Made by a program: the position numbers and the translations under genes. A stretch of DNA of 37,566 bases from Nemertoderma westbladi. Its lineage: Eukaryota; Animalia; Xenacoelomorpha. Location: assembly GCA_032718475.1 (NCBI GenBank), contig JAUCBJ010002392.1:1-37566 (forward strand). Reading direction: 5' to 3'. Within the stretch, counting starts at the first letter, position 1. Each line of letters starts with the position of its first letter. Below, piece after piece: positions 11,157 through 24,700 of this stretch. The notes under the pieces are model-generated. The model had not been told where the DNA came from, ran no database searches, and saw only the letters and a list, made by a program, of their open reading frames with translations.

Positions 11157-11428
11157 ATTCCACACACGTCTCTTACAGAAGAAACGACATCATTCATTCC
11201 GTCGGATGATAACTGAGTAGAGTCGGTTGTCGTTCAGTACTTTTCGGATGGGCATAACTGGTCATCATCCCGGTACAACCAAATCTCGGGTATGCACCCT
11301 GAGATTTGGTACAACCAAATCTTGGGTATGCACCCTGAGATTTCCTCACAATATGGAGAGCTCGTCCACACAAGGAGGAGAGTGATCCCCCATACCACCC
11401 CCAACAGAAAGGTACCTAATTCCATCAT
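11157..11428 (-). pseudogene. First coding exon of a secreted beta/gamma-crystallin paralog with in-frame TGA (11234-11236)
   Basis: Signal-like MMELGTFLLGVVWGITLLLVWTSSPYC, then CIPEIWLYRDDDQLCPSEKY*TTTDSTQLSSDGMNDVVSSVRDVCG. Aligns gap-free (17/46 identical by hand) to exon 33791-33999 and ends at the same phase-2 donor (AT|GTTAGT). Confidence 0.8.
11272..11343. repeat. 36-bp in-frame tandem duplication
   Basis: GGTACAACCAAATCTYGGGTATGCACCCTGAGATTT at 11272 and 11308; duplicates ISGCIP(K/E)IWLY. Confidence 0.95.
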
Positions 11429-11520
11429 TGACACAGCAGAACCTATCAATATATTGTCAGGTTGTCTCAAATTAACTAAACAAATCCACAAATTCAAACA
11501 TTTTATTTTAATTGATATAA

Positions 11521-13230
11521 CTCAAACTCTGGGGTTACTTGTAAGAGAGAAGATCTTAAGATAGCCTACAATGTTAAAACCGAACAAACAACAACCGAAA
11601 ACATTAACAAGGTTGAGAAAGCTAAAGGACGATCTTAAATTGGCCTACAGCATCAGCCAGGAAAGTACATACAGGATAAAATTGAAGCAATTACAACTGC
11701 TCACATACAGCAACAATCAAAACTTACCTGGAAAACTGGACATGAGGTATCTGGTCGGAAAAGTTGTGCAAAGGGGCGCTCCAAAGCCAATAGTCCTGAA
11801 GAACGTGTTGGGAAGTGGAAAAATAACTTCAACAACTTGCTTGGGCAGCCACCAAACATCGAGGTCAGCCCTACAAGGAAAATATATGGCAAGTCACTAC
11901 CTATAGAAACAAGGGTCTTCACATCTGCCGAACTCCAAAGAAGCATTAAAAGCATGTCCAATAATAAAGCGAGTGGATTAAATGAAATCCCAGCGGAAGT
12001 ATGGAAAACAGGAGTGTTAAACAGACCATTATTGAATGTTTGCAACCGGATGTTAAAAGGGGAAAAGCCACCACCAATTTGGACTAAAAGTCAACTAAAG
12101 CCTCTCCCCAAGAAAGGAGACCTCGGCATACCAACACTATCGTGGGAACTGTCTTCTTGTGGTAGCTGCCAAAATATACAATAAAATGATTCTATATAGG
12201 ATTAGGCCTCACATAGAGAAACTACTGCGTAGTGCGTAAGAGCCACAATGGATTTCGACCAAGTAGATCAAAAATATCTACAATAATTGAGATCAACAAC
12301 AAGATACTTGCACTATGGAGACTGATTGAAGGAGTTTAGTCAAATAATCTCCCCGCAGTCATGACTTTTTTGGACTTCACGCAATGAGGATGGTCACAAG
12401 GGTGAAGATCTGGGATTCCACTTCAAGAACGGAGAAGTAGTATATATCCGGCAACTACAGTCACAGACACTAACTTTGCGGATGACATCGCCCTGCTCTC
12501 TAATACGCTAGCAGATTCATAGCTTCTACTAAATATAGTGGAGAGGGCTGCTAAGGATGTTGGATTGCATATAAATGCTACCAAGACTGAATTCATGACC
12601 TTTAATGTTGATGGAAACCTGACAATCTAATCAACTAATAATAATCAACTAAGGAAGGTCGACAACTTCCAGTACCTTGGATCATGGATAGAGAGTAGCA
12701 AAAAGGACATAGAAGTTAGGAAAGAAAAGGCTTGGGTAGCTCTATCAAAAATGGATACCATCTGGAAATCAGATATTTCCAGGCACCTGAAGAGTTCTTT
12801 TGTTCTTTCGAGCCACAGTGGAAAGTGTATTTTTATACGGGAGTGAGACCTGGACACTGACTATATCACTTGAACAACGAATTGCTACACAAGACTGCTA
12901 AGGGCAGCCCTAAACATCAGCTAGAGACAACACATGACAAACGCCGAGCTTTATGGTACAATACCACCTGTATCAACCACCCTCCGTGAATGCAGACTAA
13001 GATTCAGTGGGCACTGCTGGCGAAGTAAAGACGAGGTCATACCAGATCTACTTTTCTGGCAACCAATTCATGGAAAGCGTATTCGTGGACAACCGGCCAT
13101 AACATATATAGATCAACTTGAAAGGGATACTGAACTTGGGAGAAACGAAATTGCGACAACTATGGAGAATCGGGAAGCCTGGAAGGATCTCATTTCCACT
13201 GTCCGAGTTTGCTCGACCTAGTAGTAGTAG
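11521..13230 (+). mobile_element. 5'-truncated, degenerate RTE-clade LINE
   Basis: RT motifs NNKASGLNEIPAEVWK, PLPKKGDL, NGFRP, FADDIALL, FQYLGSWI, LYGSETWTLT, RLRFSGHCWR. (TAG)4 tail. 12-bp TSD TAATTGATATAA at 11509-11520 and 13231-13242. Confidence 0.95.
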
Positions 13231-14624
13231 TAATTGATATAATATACTGTACGTTTATGCTTCTCAGTATATTACTTATATTAATTACTCTACTGCAAAC
13301 TATCTACCGTTATTCTACAGCTTATGAAGGCAATGCATGGTAATGGCGATTGATGATATGTGTTCATGAGTAAAGATTTTAATCAGCAGATAGACTACAT
13401 GGGGATACTCAACATGGGTTCCTCTATTCTCCACATTATTTATGTTGGGAAATTAGAAGATGGGATGATGTGTCTTGCTGTTATATTGATAATTCACAAT
13501 CCTCCTTCTAATTATTCCACGAATAAGCTTCATTGTGTTAATGTATATTAGCAGTACAGCATCAGTATCATTATTGCAGAGTTGTATTACTGGCTGCGCA
13601 TAAACAATAAATAAAAGAATGTAGCTAAGCCTTGGACGCGATGATTTCAATTTGTCGTCATTATTTTTTTTGGAATTTAACCAACCACTCTTGCCGTACA
13701 GTAATTATACACAGATTTCAAATCTTCTGTTCCATCTGTATTGAAGTTTATCTGATATACCGATCCTACTGTATCTGTGAACCGGAGAATCGCTCAAACA
13801 AACTAAAAAATCTCTAAAAAAATTTAAAAAACGCAACCAAACTAATGAAAAAACGTACAGTATTGTAACAGCTAATTATTTATTACCCTACTGTAGCTAA
13901 ATTATAAATTATCTAGTAAATTATTACATGTTTAATGTTTTAACGTAATTTCGACACAGAGAAGCAGCATGCACAATACATAATAATAATAAATAACCTA
14001 GTTATTGTATTATCTAATTGAGTATGAAACGTAACGAAACGCAGTGTAGACCCATTATTACAGCCACCAAGTGCACATAGTTTAACATTTACATACGTTT
14101 ATATAGAGCTAATGATAGAAAAGGCACATTAATTTACACATACATACAGACACTTACATTGACATATATATATATAATTTTATTGACAAATAATTCGGAA
14201 TTTAACGCGTAACAGACCACAAATGAAATAACCAAAGAAAAGAGAAATATTTGTCCAACTAAACTAAATTTGACTGCACGATACTGTATACACTCGAACT
14301 ACTACTTAATTAAGTTCTTACACGTTTGAAACTATACTCATCAAATATTAAAATAACGACAAATTTACAAACATTCACAATAATAGCACTTACAAATTAA
14401 TTACGTAATAGCACTTACATATTATTACATATTCCAGGAAAATTTGATAAAATCGATAATAATTCAGTATACTCGAATCAGAATAATCAAAATAAAGTAA
14501 CAATATTAAAATAAACATTGGCTAATAACTGAATAAGTAGATAATAAACATAGTAACTATTAGCAAAAAACAAAAGATAAGACAGTAAATATACTATATA
14601 TCATATTAAAATTGTCAATTGTTG

Positions 14625-14710
14625 CTCATACATTCCATACTAATGCCTCATACATTCCATACTAATGCCTCATACATTCCATACTAATGCCTCATACATT
14701 CCATACTAAT
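14625..14710. repeat. 22-bp minisatellite x~4 (CTCATACATTCCATACTAATGC)
   Basis: Units at 14625, 14647, 14669 and 14691. Confidence 0.95.
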
Positions 14711-15768
14711 TTTCTAGAATAATGTTTAAAATGAAATGTTTGTTTGGAGTCATCAGATATTATTTGCACCAACGCCTTATCTGGCCTTGTAAGAACAACT
14801 CTTTTATAAAATTTATTGGTATTATTGTAGTACTTATTATTAAACAATTTACTTCATAAAGATGCAATACAAAATAACAAATAATCACGGAGTAGAAAAA
14901 AACAGAACTGATTAAACAAAGAAATAGAGTAAATATGAAATCTAAGATGGATGTACTGCTTCTTACATGTCATTTATAAGTAGATGGTGACCGAGTAGCC
15001 GTGCCCGTTATTTCAGCTACAATTGTAATATATGTAAATACTGTAAGTAGGTAATGTTTACAACAATTTTTTTCAAATTTAAGCCCTACACTACAAAGTC
15101 CTACCTAATTATTAAATTAGCAGTAAAATAACAGTAACATTCAATTTAATGTATGTATTACATTACATACATTGGATAGTTTACAACAATTTTTCGAATG
15201 TAAGCACACTACAGTATATTATATACTTACTAAGTTCTTAACATACTGTAATATATAGCAAACATACAGTATAAATGTTAATAATAATTAAATTAATATA
15301 CTTGGCCTATGAAACGTTTTGAGTTTGTAATAAATAACCTTTCAATCTAATTTGAAAGGTATTAAACTGTGGTGCCTGCCGCACTGATTCTGGTATTATA
15401 TTCCACACTAAAGGCGCTTGTACCTTTATGGATTGTCGAGCTATCATTAGTTTAACTCTAGGTACTACACTGTATCCATTTGTGGCGCTGTGAGTATGAT
15501 ATGTGTGAATGTTTGCTGTTGGTGTTAGTAAAGAAGTTAGAATGTATTGAAATGTAATGTAATAGAATGTAATGAAAACCTATTTCGGTGGGATAAATGT
15601 ATATTTTTGTATTTTTGTATATTTTTCTGTTCATATTTCAAGAATATTTGTATTTATCTACACATTATGTAGATAAATACACAGGCCATATGTCAAAGGA
15701 TTAGTTTTCCTGACCCAAAAGTAAATCGTGTAGTTCAAATGCCTTGTAAAGGGAGAGAGAAACTGCAT

Positions 15769-18700
15769 ACCACTCGCTTCCATACTGAACCATCTACATC
15801 ACACCACTCGCTTCCATACTGAACTATCTACATCACACCACTCGCTTCCATACTGAACTATCTACATCACACCACTCGCTTCCATACTGAACTATCTACA
15901 TCACACCACTCGCTTCCATACTAAACCATCTACATCACACCACTCGCTTCCATACTAACTATTTACATCACACCACTCGCTTCCATACTGAACTATCTAC
16001 ATCACACCACTCGCTTCCATACTGAACCATCTACATCACACCACTCGCTTCCATACTGAACTATCTACATCACACCACTCGCTTCCATACTGAACTATCT
16101 ACATAACACCACTCGCTTCCATACTGAACTATCTACATCACACCACTCGCTTCCATACTGAACTATCTCCATCACACCACTCGCTTCCATACTGAACTAT
16201 CTACATCACACCACTCGCTTCCATACTGAACCATCTACATCACACCACTCGCTTCCATACTGAACCATCTACATCACACCACTCGCTTCCATACTGAACC
16301 ATCTACATCACACCACTCGCTTCCATACTGAACTATCTACATCACACCACTCGCTTCCATACTGAACTATCTACATCACACCACTCGCTTCCATACTAAC
16401 TATCTACATAACACCACTCGCTTCCATACTGAACTATCTACATCACACCACTCGCTTCCATACTGAACCATCTACATCACACCACTCGCTTCCATACTGA
16501 ACCATCTACATAACACCACTCGCTTCCATACTGAACTATCTACATAACACCACTCGCTTCCATACTGAACTATCTACATCACACCACTCGCTTCCATACT
16601 GAACTATCTCCATCACACCACTAGTGTTGAGAACTGTAACTGTAATTATACTGTAACTGCAACTGTAACTGAATGGTTTTGATGATTTTTTTGATACTGT
16701 AACTATAACTGTAACTGTAATTGCGAATTTTGAATACTGTAACTGTAACTGAAACTGTAATTACGAATTTTGAATACTGTAACTGTAACTGAAACTGTAA
16801 TTACGAATTTTGAATACTGTAACTGAAACTGAAATTAACAAAATCCGATTCAGTTCTCAATCACACAATTAACATGAATGAGCATTTAAAACAGTATTGT
16901 AATAAAGTATAGAGTATAGTTTAATAAATGAATAACAGTGGTTACCATATATGGTTACCATATATAATAGGTATCATTTTTAAAACATTGTTATAAAAAA
17001 ACAATCTCATTTTTTCCACTTCTGAACAAAACCATAATATTACACAATATAAAATCAAAGACCCATTGCCCACTTAGCTCAAATGTGATTTATTTGGCGA
17101 GTCAAGTAGTGAACGAAGATCTACAGTAGCATAGTCTATGTTTATCTGTCTCAACTATTAGACTATTATCAGCCTTATCACCACTTTTGCTTCATATTAA
17201 ATGTAAATGTTTTAGATAAACAAAGAAAAGTTAGGCCTAATGGTAGAGGGATATTAACGGATATATATTTTACATTATTAATTATTAATGTTTTTACCGG
17301 TACTATTAATATCACAATCACACTAGAGGCACACTGGAAATTAAATTTTGATCAAGTTTACCATTATAAATTACAAAATTAAACTTAAAAGTGAAAATAG
17401 CAGCTTATCGAGGTGGGTCTAACCAAAACAATAAATATATGATTACTAAAACAAATTACGAATTAAGGAAAATGAGCAGGATTCAGAAGCATGGCTTTAT
17501 AACCAAAACAATAAATGATAACAGTACTGTACAAGCACTGAAACAAGATGTACAGTAAAATGTGGGTGCCTTTAGTGTGATCTTGTGACGTGCCACTTTC
17601 ATTACATACTATCAGTATATTAGTTACAAAATATTACCATAGCGTGGGTCCAACTTTCCTACCACAACTACCTATTAGCTCTAGAAAGAGGACGTTTCGT
17701 AATGAACATTAATATTAGCGTATATTACAGTAATATATTAAAGTGCCTCATTTTTAGTTTCAGATGACTGCTTACTACGTGAGATCATATATATTGAATC
17801 TATAACTGAAACTGTAACTGAAACTGAAATGCTCAATTTTGTAATACTGAAACTGTAACTGTAACTGAAATGTTACACTTTGTAATACTGAAACTGTAAC
17901 TGTAACTGAAATGCAAAACTTTGAATACTGAAACTGTAACTGTAACTGAAATGCAAAACTTTGAATACTGAAACTGTAACTGTAACTGAAATTAGTCAAA
18001 ATTGATTCAGTTCTCAACACTACACACCACTCGCTTCCATACTGAACTATCTACATCACACCACTCGCTTCCATACTGAACCATCTACATCACACCACTC
18101 GCTTCCATACTGAACCATCTACATCACACCACTCGCTTCCATACTGAACCATCTACATCACACCACTCGCTTCCATACTGAACTATCTACATCACACCAC
18201 TCGCTTCCATACTGAACTATCTACATCACACCACTCGCTTCCATACTAACTATCTACATAACACCACTCGCTTCCATACTGAACTATCTACATCACACCA
18301 CTCGCTTCCATACTGAACTATCTATACATCACACCACTCGCTTCCATACTGAACCATCTACATCACACCACTCGCTTCCATACTGAACCATCTACATCAC
18401 ACCACTCGCTTCCATACTGAACCATCTACATCACACCACTCGCTTCCATACTGAACTATCTACATCACACCACTCGCTTCCATACTAACTATCTACATCA
18501 CACCACTCGCTTCCATACTGAACTATCTACATCACACCACTCGCTTCCATACTGAACTATCTACATCACACCACTCGCTTCCATACTGAACTATCTACAT
18601 CACACCACTCGCTTCCATACTGAACTATCTACATCACACCACTCGCTTCCATACTGAACTATCTACATCACACCACTCGCTTCCATACTGAACTATCTAC

Positions 18701-21700
18701 ATCACACCACTCGCTTCCATACTAACTATCTACATCACACCACTCGCTTCCATACTAACTATCTACATCACACCACTCGCTTCCATACTGAACTATCTAC
18801 ATCACACCACTCGCTTCCATACTGAACTATCTATACATCACACCACTCGCTTCCATACTAACTATCTACATCACACCACTCTCTTCCATACTAAACTATC
18901 TACATCACACCACTCGCTTCCATACTGAACCATCTACATCACACCACTCGCTTCCATACTGAACTATCTATACATCACACCACTCGCTTCCATACTAACT
19001 ATCTACATCACACCACTCGCTTCCATACTGAACTATCTACATCACACCACTCGCTTCCATACTGAACTATCTACATCACACCACTCGCTTCCATACTGAA
19101 CTATATACATCACACCACTCGCTTCCATACTGAACTATCTACATCACACCACTCGCTTCCATACTGAACCATCTACATCACACCACTCGCTTCCATACTG
19201 AACTATCTATACATCACACCACTCGCTTCCATACTGAACTATCTACATCACACCACTCGCTTCCATACTGAACCATCTACATCACACCACTCGCTTCCAT
19301 ACTGAACCATCTACATCACACCACTCGCTTCCATACTGAACCATCTACATCACACCACTCGCTTCCATACTGAACTATCTACATCACACCACTCGCTTCC
19401 ATACTGAACCATCTACATCACACCACTCGCTTCCATACTGAACTATCTATACATCACACCACTCGCTTCCATACTAACTATCTACATCACACCACTCGCT
19501 TCCATACTAACTATCTACATCACACCACTCGCTTCCATACTGAACCATCTACATCACACCACTCGCTTCCATACTGAACTATCTATACATCACACCACTC
19601 GCTTCCATACTAACTATCTACATCACACCACTCGCTTCCATACTGAACTATCTACATCACACCACTCGCTTCCATACTGAACTATCTACATCACACCACT
19701 CGCTTCCATACTAACTATCTACATCACACCACTCGCTTCCATACTAACTATCTACATCACACCACTCGCTTCCATACTGAACTATCTACATCACACCACT
19801 CGCTTCCATACTGAACTATCTATACATCACACCACTCGCTTCCATACTAACTATCTACATCACACCACTCGCTTCCATACTGAACTATCTACATCACACC
19901 ACTCGCTTCCATACTAACTATCTACATCACACCACTCGCTTCCATACTGAACTATCTACATCACACCACTCGCTTCCATACTAAACTATCTACATCACAC
20001 CACTCGCTTCCATACTGAACTAACTATATACATCACACCACTCGCTTCCATACTGAACTATCTACATCACACCACTCGCTTCCATACTGAACTAACTATC
20101 TACATCACACCACTCGCTTCCATACTGAACTATCTACATCACACCACTCGCTTCCATACTAACTATCTACATCACACCACTCGCTTCCATACTAAACTAT
20201 CTACATCACACCACTCGCTTCCATACTGAACTAACTATCTACATCACACCACTCGCTTCCATACTAACTATCTACATCACACCACTCGCTTCCATACTGA
20301 ACCATCTACATCACACCACTCGCTTCCATACTGAACTATCTACATCACACCACTCGCTTCCATACTAAACTATCTACATCACACCACTCGCTTCCATACT
20401 GAACTAACTATCTACATCACACCACTCGCTTCCATACTAACTATCTACATCACACCACTCGCTTCCATACTGAACTATCTACATCACACCACTCGCTTCC
20501 ATACTAAACTATCTACATCACACCACTCGCTTCCATACTGAACTAACTATATACATCACACCACTCGCTTCCATACTGAACTATCTACATCACACCACTC
20601 GCTTCCATACTGAACTATCTACATCACACCACTCGCTTCCATACTGAACTATCTACATCACACCACTCGCTTCCATACTGAACCATCTACATCACACCAC
20701 TCGCTTCCATACTGAACTATCTACATCACACCACTCGCTTCCATACTGAACTAACTATCTACATCACACCACTCGCTTCCATACTAACTATCTACATCAC
20801 ACCACTCGCTTCCATACTGAACTATCTACATCACACCACTCGCTTCCATACTAAACTATCTACATCACACCACTCGCTTCCATACTGAACTAACTATATA
20901 CATCACACCACTCGCTTCCATACTGAACTAACTATCTACATCACACCACTCGCTTCCATACTGAACCATCTACATCACACCACTCGCTTCCATACTGAAC
21001 TATCTACATCACACCACTCGCTTCCATACTAAACTATCTACATCACACCACTCGCTTCCATACTGAACCATCTACATCACACCACTCGCTTCCATACTGA
21101 ACTATCTACATCACACCACTCGCTTCCATACTGAACTATCTACATCACACCACTCGCTTCCATACTAAACTATCTACATCACACCACTCGCTTCCATACT
21201 GAACTAACTATCTACATCACACCACTCGCTTCCATACTAACTATCTACATCACACCACTCGCTTCCATACTGAACCATCTACATCACACCACTCGCTTCC
21301 ATACTGAACTATCTACATCACACCACTCGCTTCCATACTAAACTATCTACATCACACCACTCGCTTCCATACTGAACTAACTATCTACATCACACCACTC
21401 GCTTCCATACTAACTATCTACATCACACCACTCGCTTCCATACTGAACTATCTACATCACACCACTCGCTTCCATACTAAACTATCTACATCACACCACT
21501 CGCTTCCATACTGAACTAACTATCTACATCACACCACTCGCTTCCATACTGAACTATCTACATCACACCACTCGCTTCCATACTGAACTATCTACATCAC
21601 ACCACTCGCTTCCATACTGAACTATCTACATCACACCACTCGCTTCCATACTCAACTGTCTACATCACACCACTCGCTTCCATACTAAACTATCTACATC

Positions 21701-24700
21701 ACACCACTCGCTTCCATACTGAACTATCTACATCACACCACTCGCTTCCATACTAAACTATCTACATCACACCACTCGCTTCCATACTGAACTAACTATC
21801 TACATCACACCACTCGCTTCCATACTAACTATCTACATCACACCACTCGCTTCCATACTGAACCATCTACATCACACCACTCGCTTCCATACTGAACTAT
21901 CTACATCACACCACTCGCTTCCATACTGAACCTATCTACATCACACCACTCGCTTCCATACTGAACTATCTACATCACACCACTCGCTTCCATACTAAAC
22001 TATCTACATCACACCACTCGCTTCCATACTGAACTAACTATCTACATCACACCACTCGCTTCCATACTAACTATCTACATCACACCACTCGCTTCCATAC
22101 TGAACTATCTACATCACACCACTCGCTTCCATACTAAACTATCTACATCACACCACTCGCTTCCATACTGAACTAACTATCTACATCACACCACTCGCTT
22201 CCATACTGAACTAACTATCTACATCACACCACTCGCTTCCATACTGAACTATCTACATCACACCACTCGCTTCCATACTAACTATCTACATCACACCACT
22301 CGCTTCCATACTGAACTATCTACATCACACCACTCGCTTCCATACTAACTATCTACATCACACCACTCGCTTCCATACTGAACTATCTACATCACACCAC
22401 TCGCTTCCATACTAAACTATCTACATCACACCACTCGCTTCCATACTGAACTAACTATCTACATCACACCACTCGCTTCCATACTGAACTACTATCTACA
22501 TCACACCACTCGCTTCCATACTGAACTAACTATCTACATCACACCACTCGCTTCCATACTGAACTATCTACATCACACCACTCGCTTCCATACTGAACTA
22601 TCTACATCACACCACTCGCTTCCATACTAACTATCTACATCACACCACTCGCTTCCATACTAAACTATCTACATCACACCACTCGCTTCCATACTGAACT
22701 AACTATCTACATCACACCACTCGCTTCCATACTGAACTATCTACATCACACCACTCGCTTCCATACTGAACTAACTATCTACATCACACCACTCGCTTCC
22801 ATACTGAACTATCTACATCACACCACTCGCTTCCATACTGAACTATCTACATCACACCACTCGCTTCCATACTGAACTATCTACATCACACCACTCGCTT
22901 CCATACTAAACTATCTACATCACACCACTCGCTTCCATACTGAACTAACTATCTACATCACACCACTCGCTTCCATACTGAACTATCTACATCACACCAC
23001 TCGCTTCCATACTGAACTATCTACATCACACCACTCGCTTCCATACTGAACTATCTACATCACACCACTCGCTTCCATACTGAACTATCTACATCACACC
23101 ACTCGCTTCCATACTGAACTACTATCTACATCACACCACTCGCTTCCATACTAACTATCTACATCACACCACTCGCTTCCATACTGAACTATCTACATCA
23201 CACCACTCGCTTCCATACTGAACTATCTACATCACACCACTCGCTTCCATACTGAACTATCTACATCACACCACTCGCTTCCATACTGAACTATCTACAT
23301 CACACCACTCGCTTCCATACTGAACTATCTACATCACACCACTCGCTTCCATACTGAACTATCTACATCACACCACTCGCTTCCATACTGAACTATCTAC
23401 ATCACACCACTCGCTTCCATACTGAACTATCTACATCACACCACTCGCTTCCATACTGAACTATCTACATCACACCACTCGCTTCCATACTGAACTATCT
23501 ACATCACACCACTCGCTTCCATACTGAACTATCTACATCACACCACTCGCTTCCATACTGAACTATCTACATCACACCACTCGCTTCCATACTGAACTAT
23601 CTACATCACACCACTCGCTTCCATACTGAACTATCTACATCACACCACTCGCTTCCATACTGAACTATCTACATCACACCACTCGCTTCCATACTAACTA
23701 TCTACATCACACCACTCGCTTCCATACTGAACTATCTACATCACACCACTCGCTTCCATACTGAACTATCTACATCACACCACTCGCTTCCATACTGAAC
23801 TATCTACATCACACCACTCGCTTCCATACTGAACTATCTACATCACACCACTCGCTTCCATACTAACTATCTACATCACACCACTCGCTTCCATACTGAA
23901 CTATCTACATCACACCACTCGCTTCCATACTGAACTATCTACATCACACCACTCGCTTCCATACTGAACTATCTACATCACACCACTCGCTTCCATACTG
24001 AACTATCTACATCACACCACTCGCTTCCATACTGAACTATCTACATCACACCACTCGCTTCCATACTGAACTATCTACATCACACCACTCGCTTCCATAC
24101 TGAACTATCTACATCACACCACTCGCTTCCATACTGAACTATCTACATCACACCACTCGCTTCCATACTGAACTATCTACATCACACCACTCGCTTCCAT
24201 ACTGAACTATCTACATCACACCACTCGCTTCCATACTGAACTATCTACATCACACCACTCGCTTCCATACTGAACTATCTACATCACACCACTCGCTTCC
24301 ATACTGAACTATCTACATCACACCACTCGCTTCCATACTGAACTATCTACATCACACCACTCGCTTCCATACTGAACTATCTACATCACACCACTCGCTT
24401 CCATACTGAACTATCTACATCACACCACTCGCTTCCATACTGAACTATCTACATCACACCACTCGCTTCCATACTGAACTATCTACATCACACCACTCGC
24501 TTCCATACTGAACTATCTACATCACACCACTCGCTTCCATACTGAACTATCTACATCACACCACTCGCTTCCATACTGAACTATCTACATCACACCACTC
24601 GCTTCCATACTGAACTATCTACATCACACCACTCGCTTCCATACTGAACTATCTACATCACACCACTCGCTTCCATACTGAACTATCTACATCACACCAC

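Noticed and set aside
11234-11236. Selenocysteine codon
   Set aside because: Aligns to Ser rather than Cys in the paralog, no SECIS identifiable, and other lesions are present.
13390-13510. C-type lectin fragment (RRWDDVSC)
   Set aside because: Single short motif with no other lectin features or clear splice sites.
17775-18020. 81-aa FSYSYSF/QLQLQF ORF
   Set aside because: Translation of hAT subterminal hexamer repeats.
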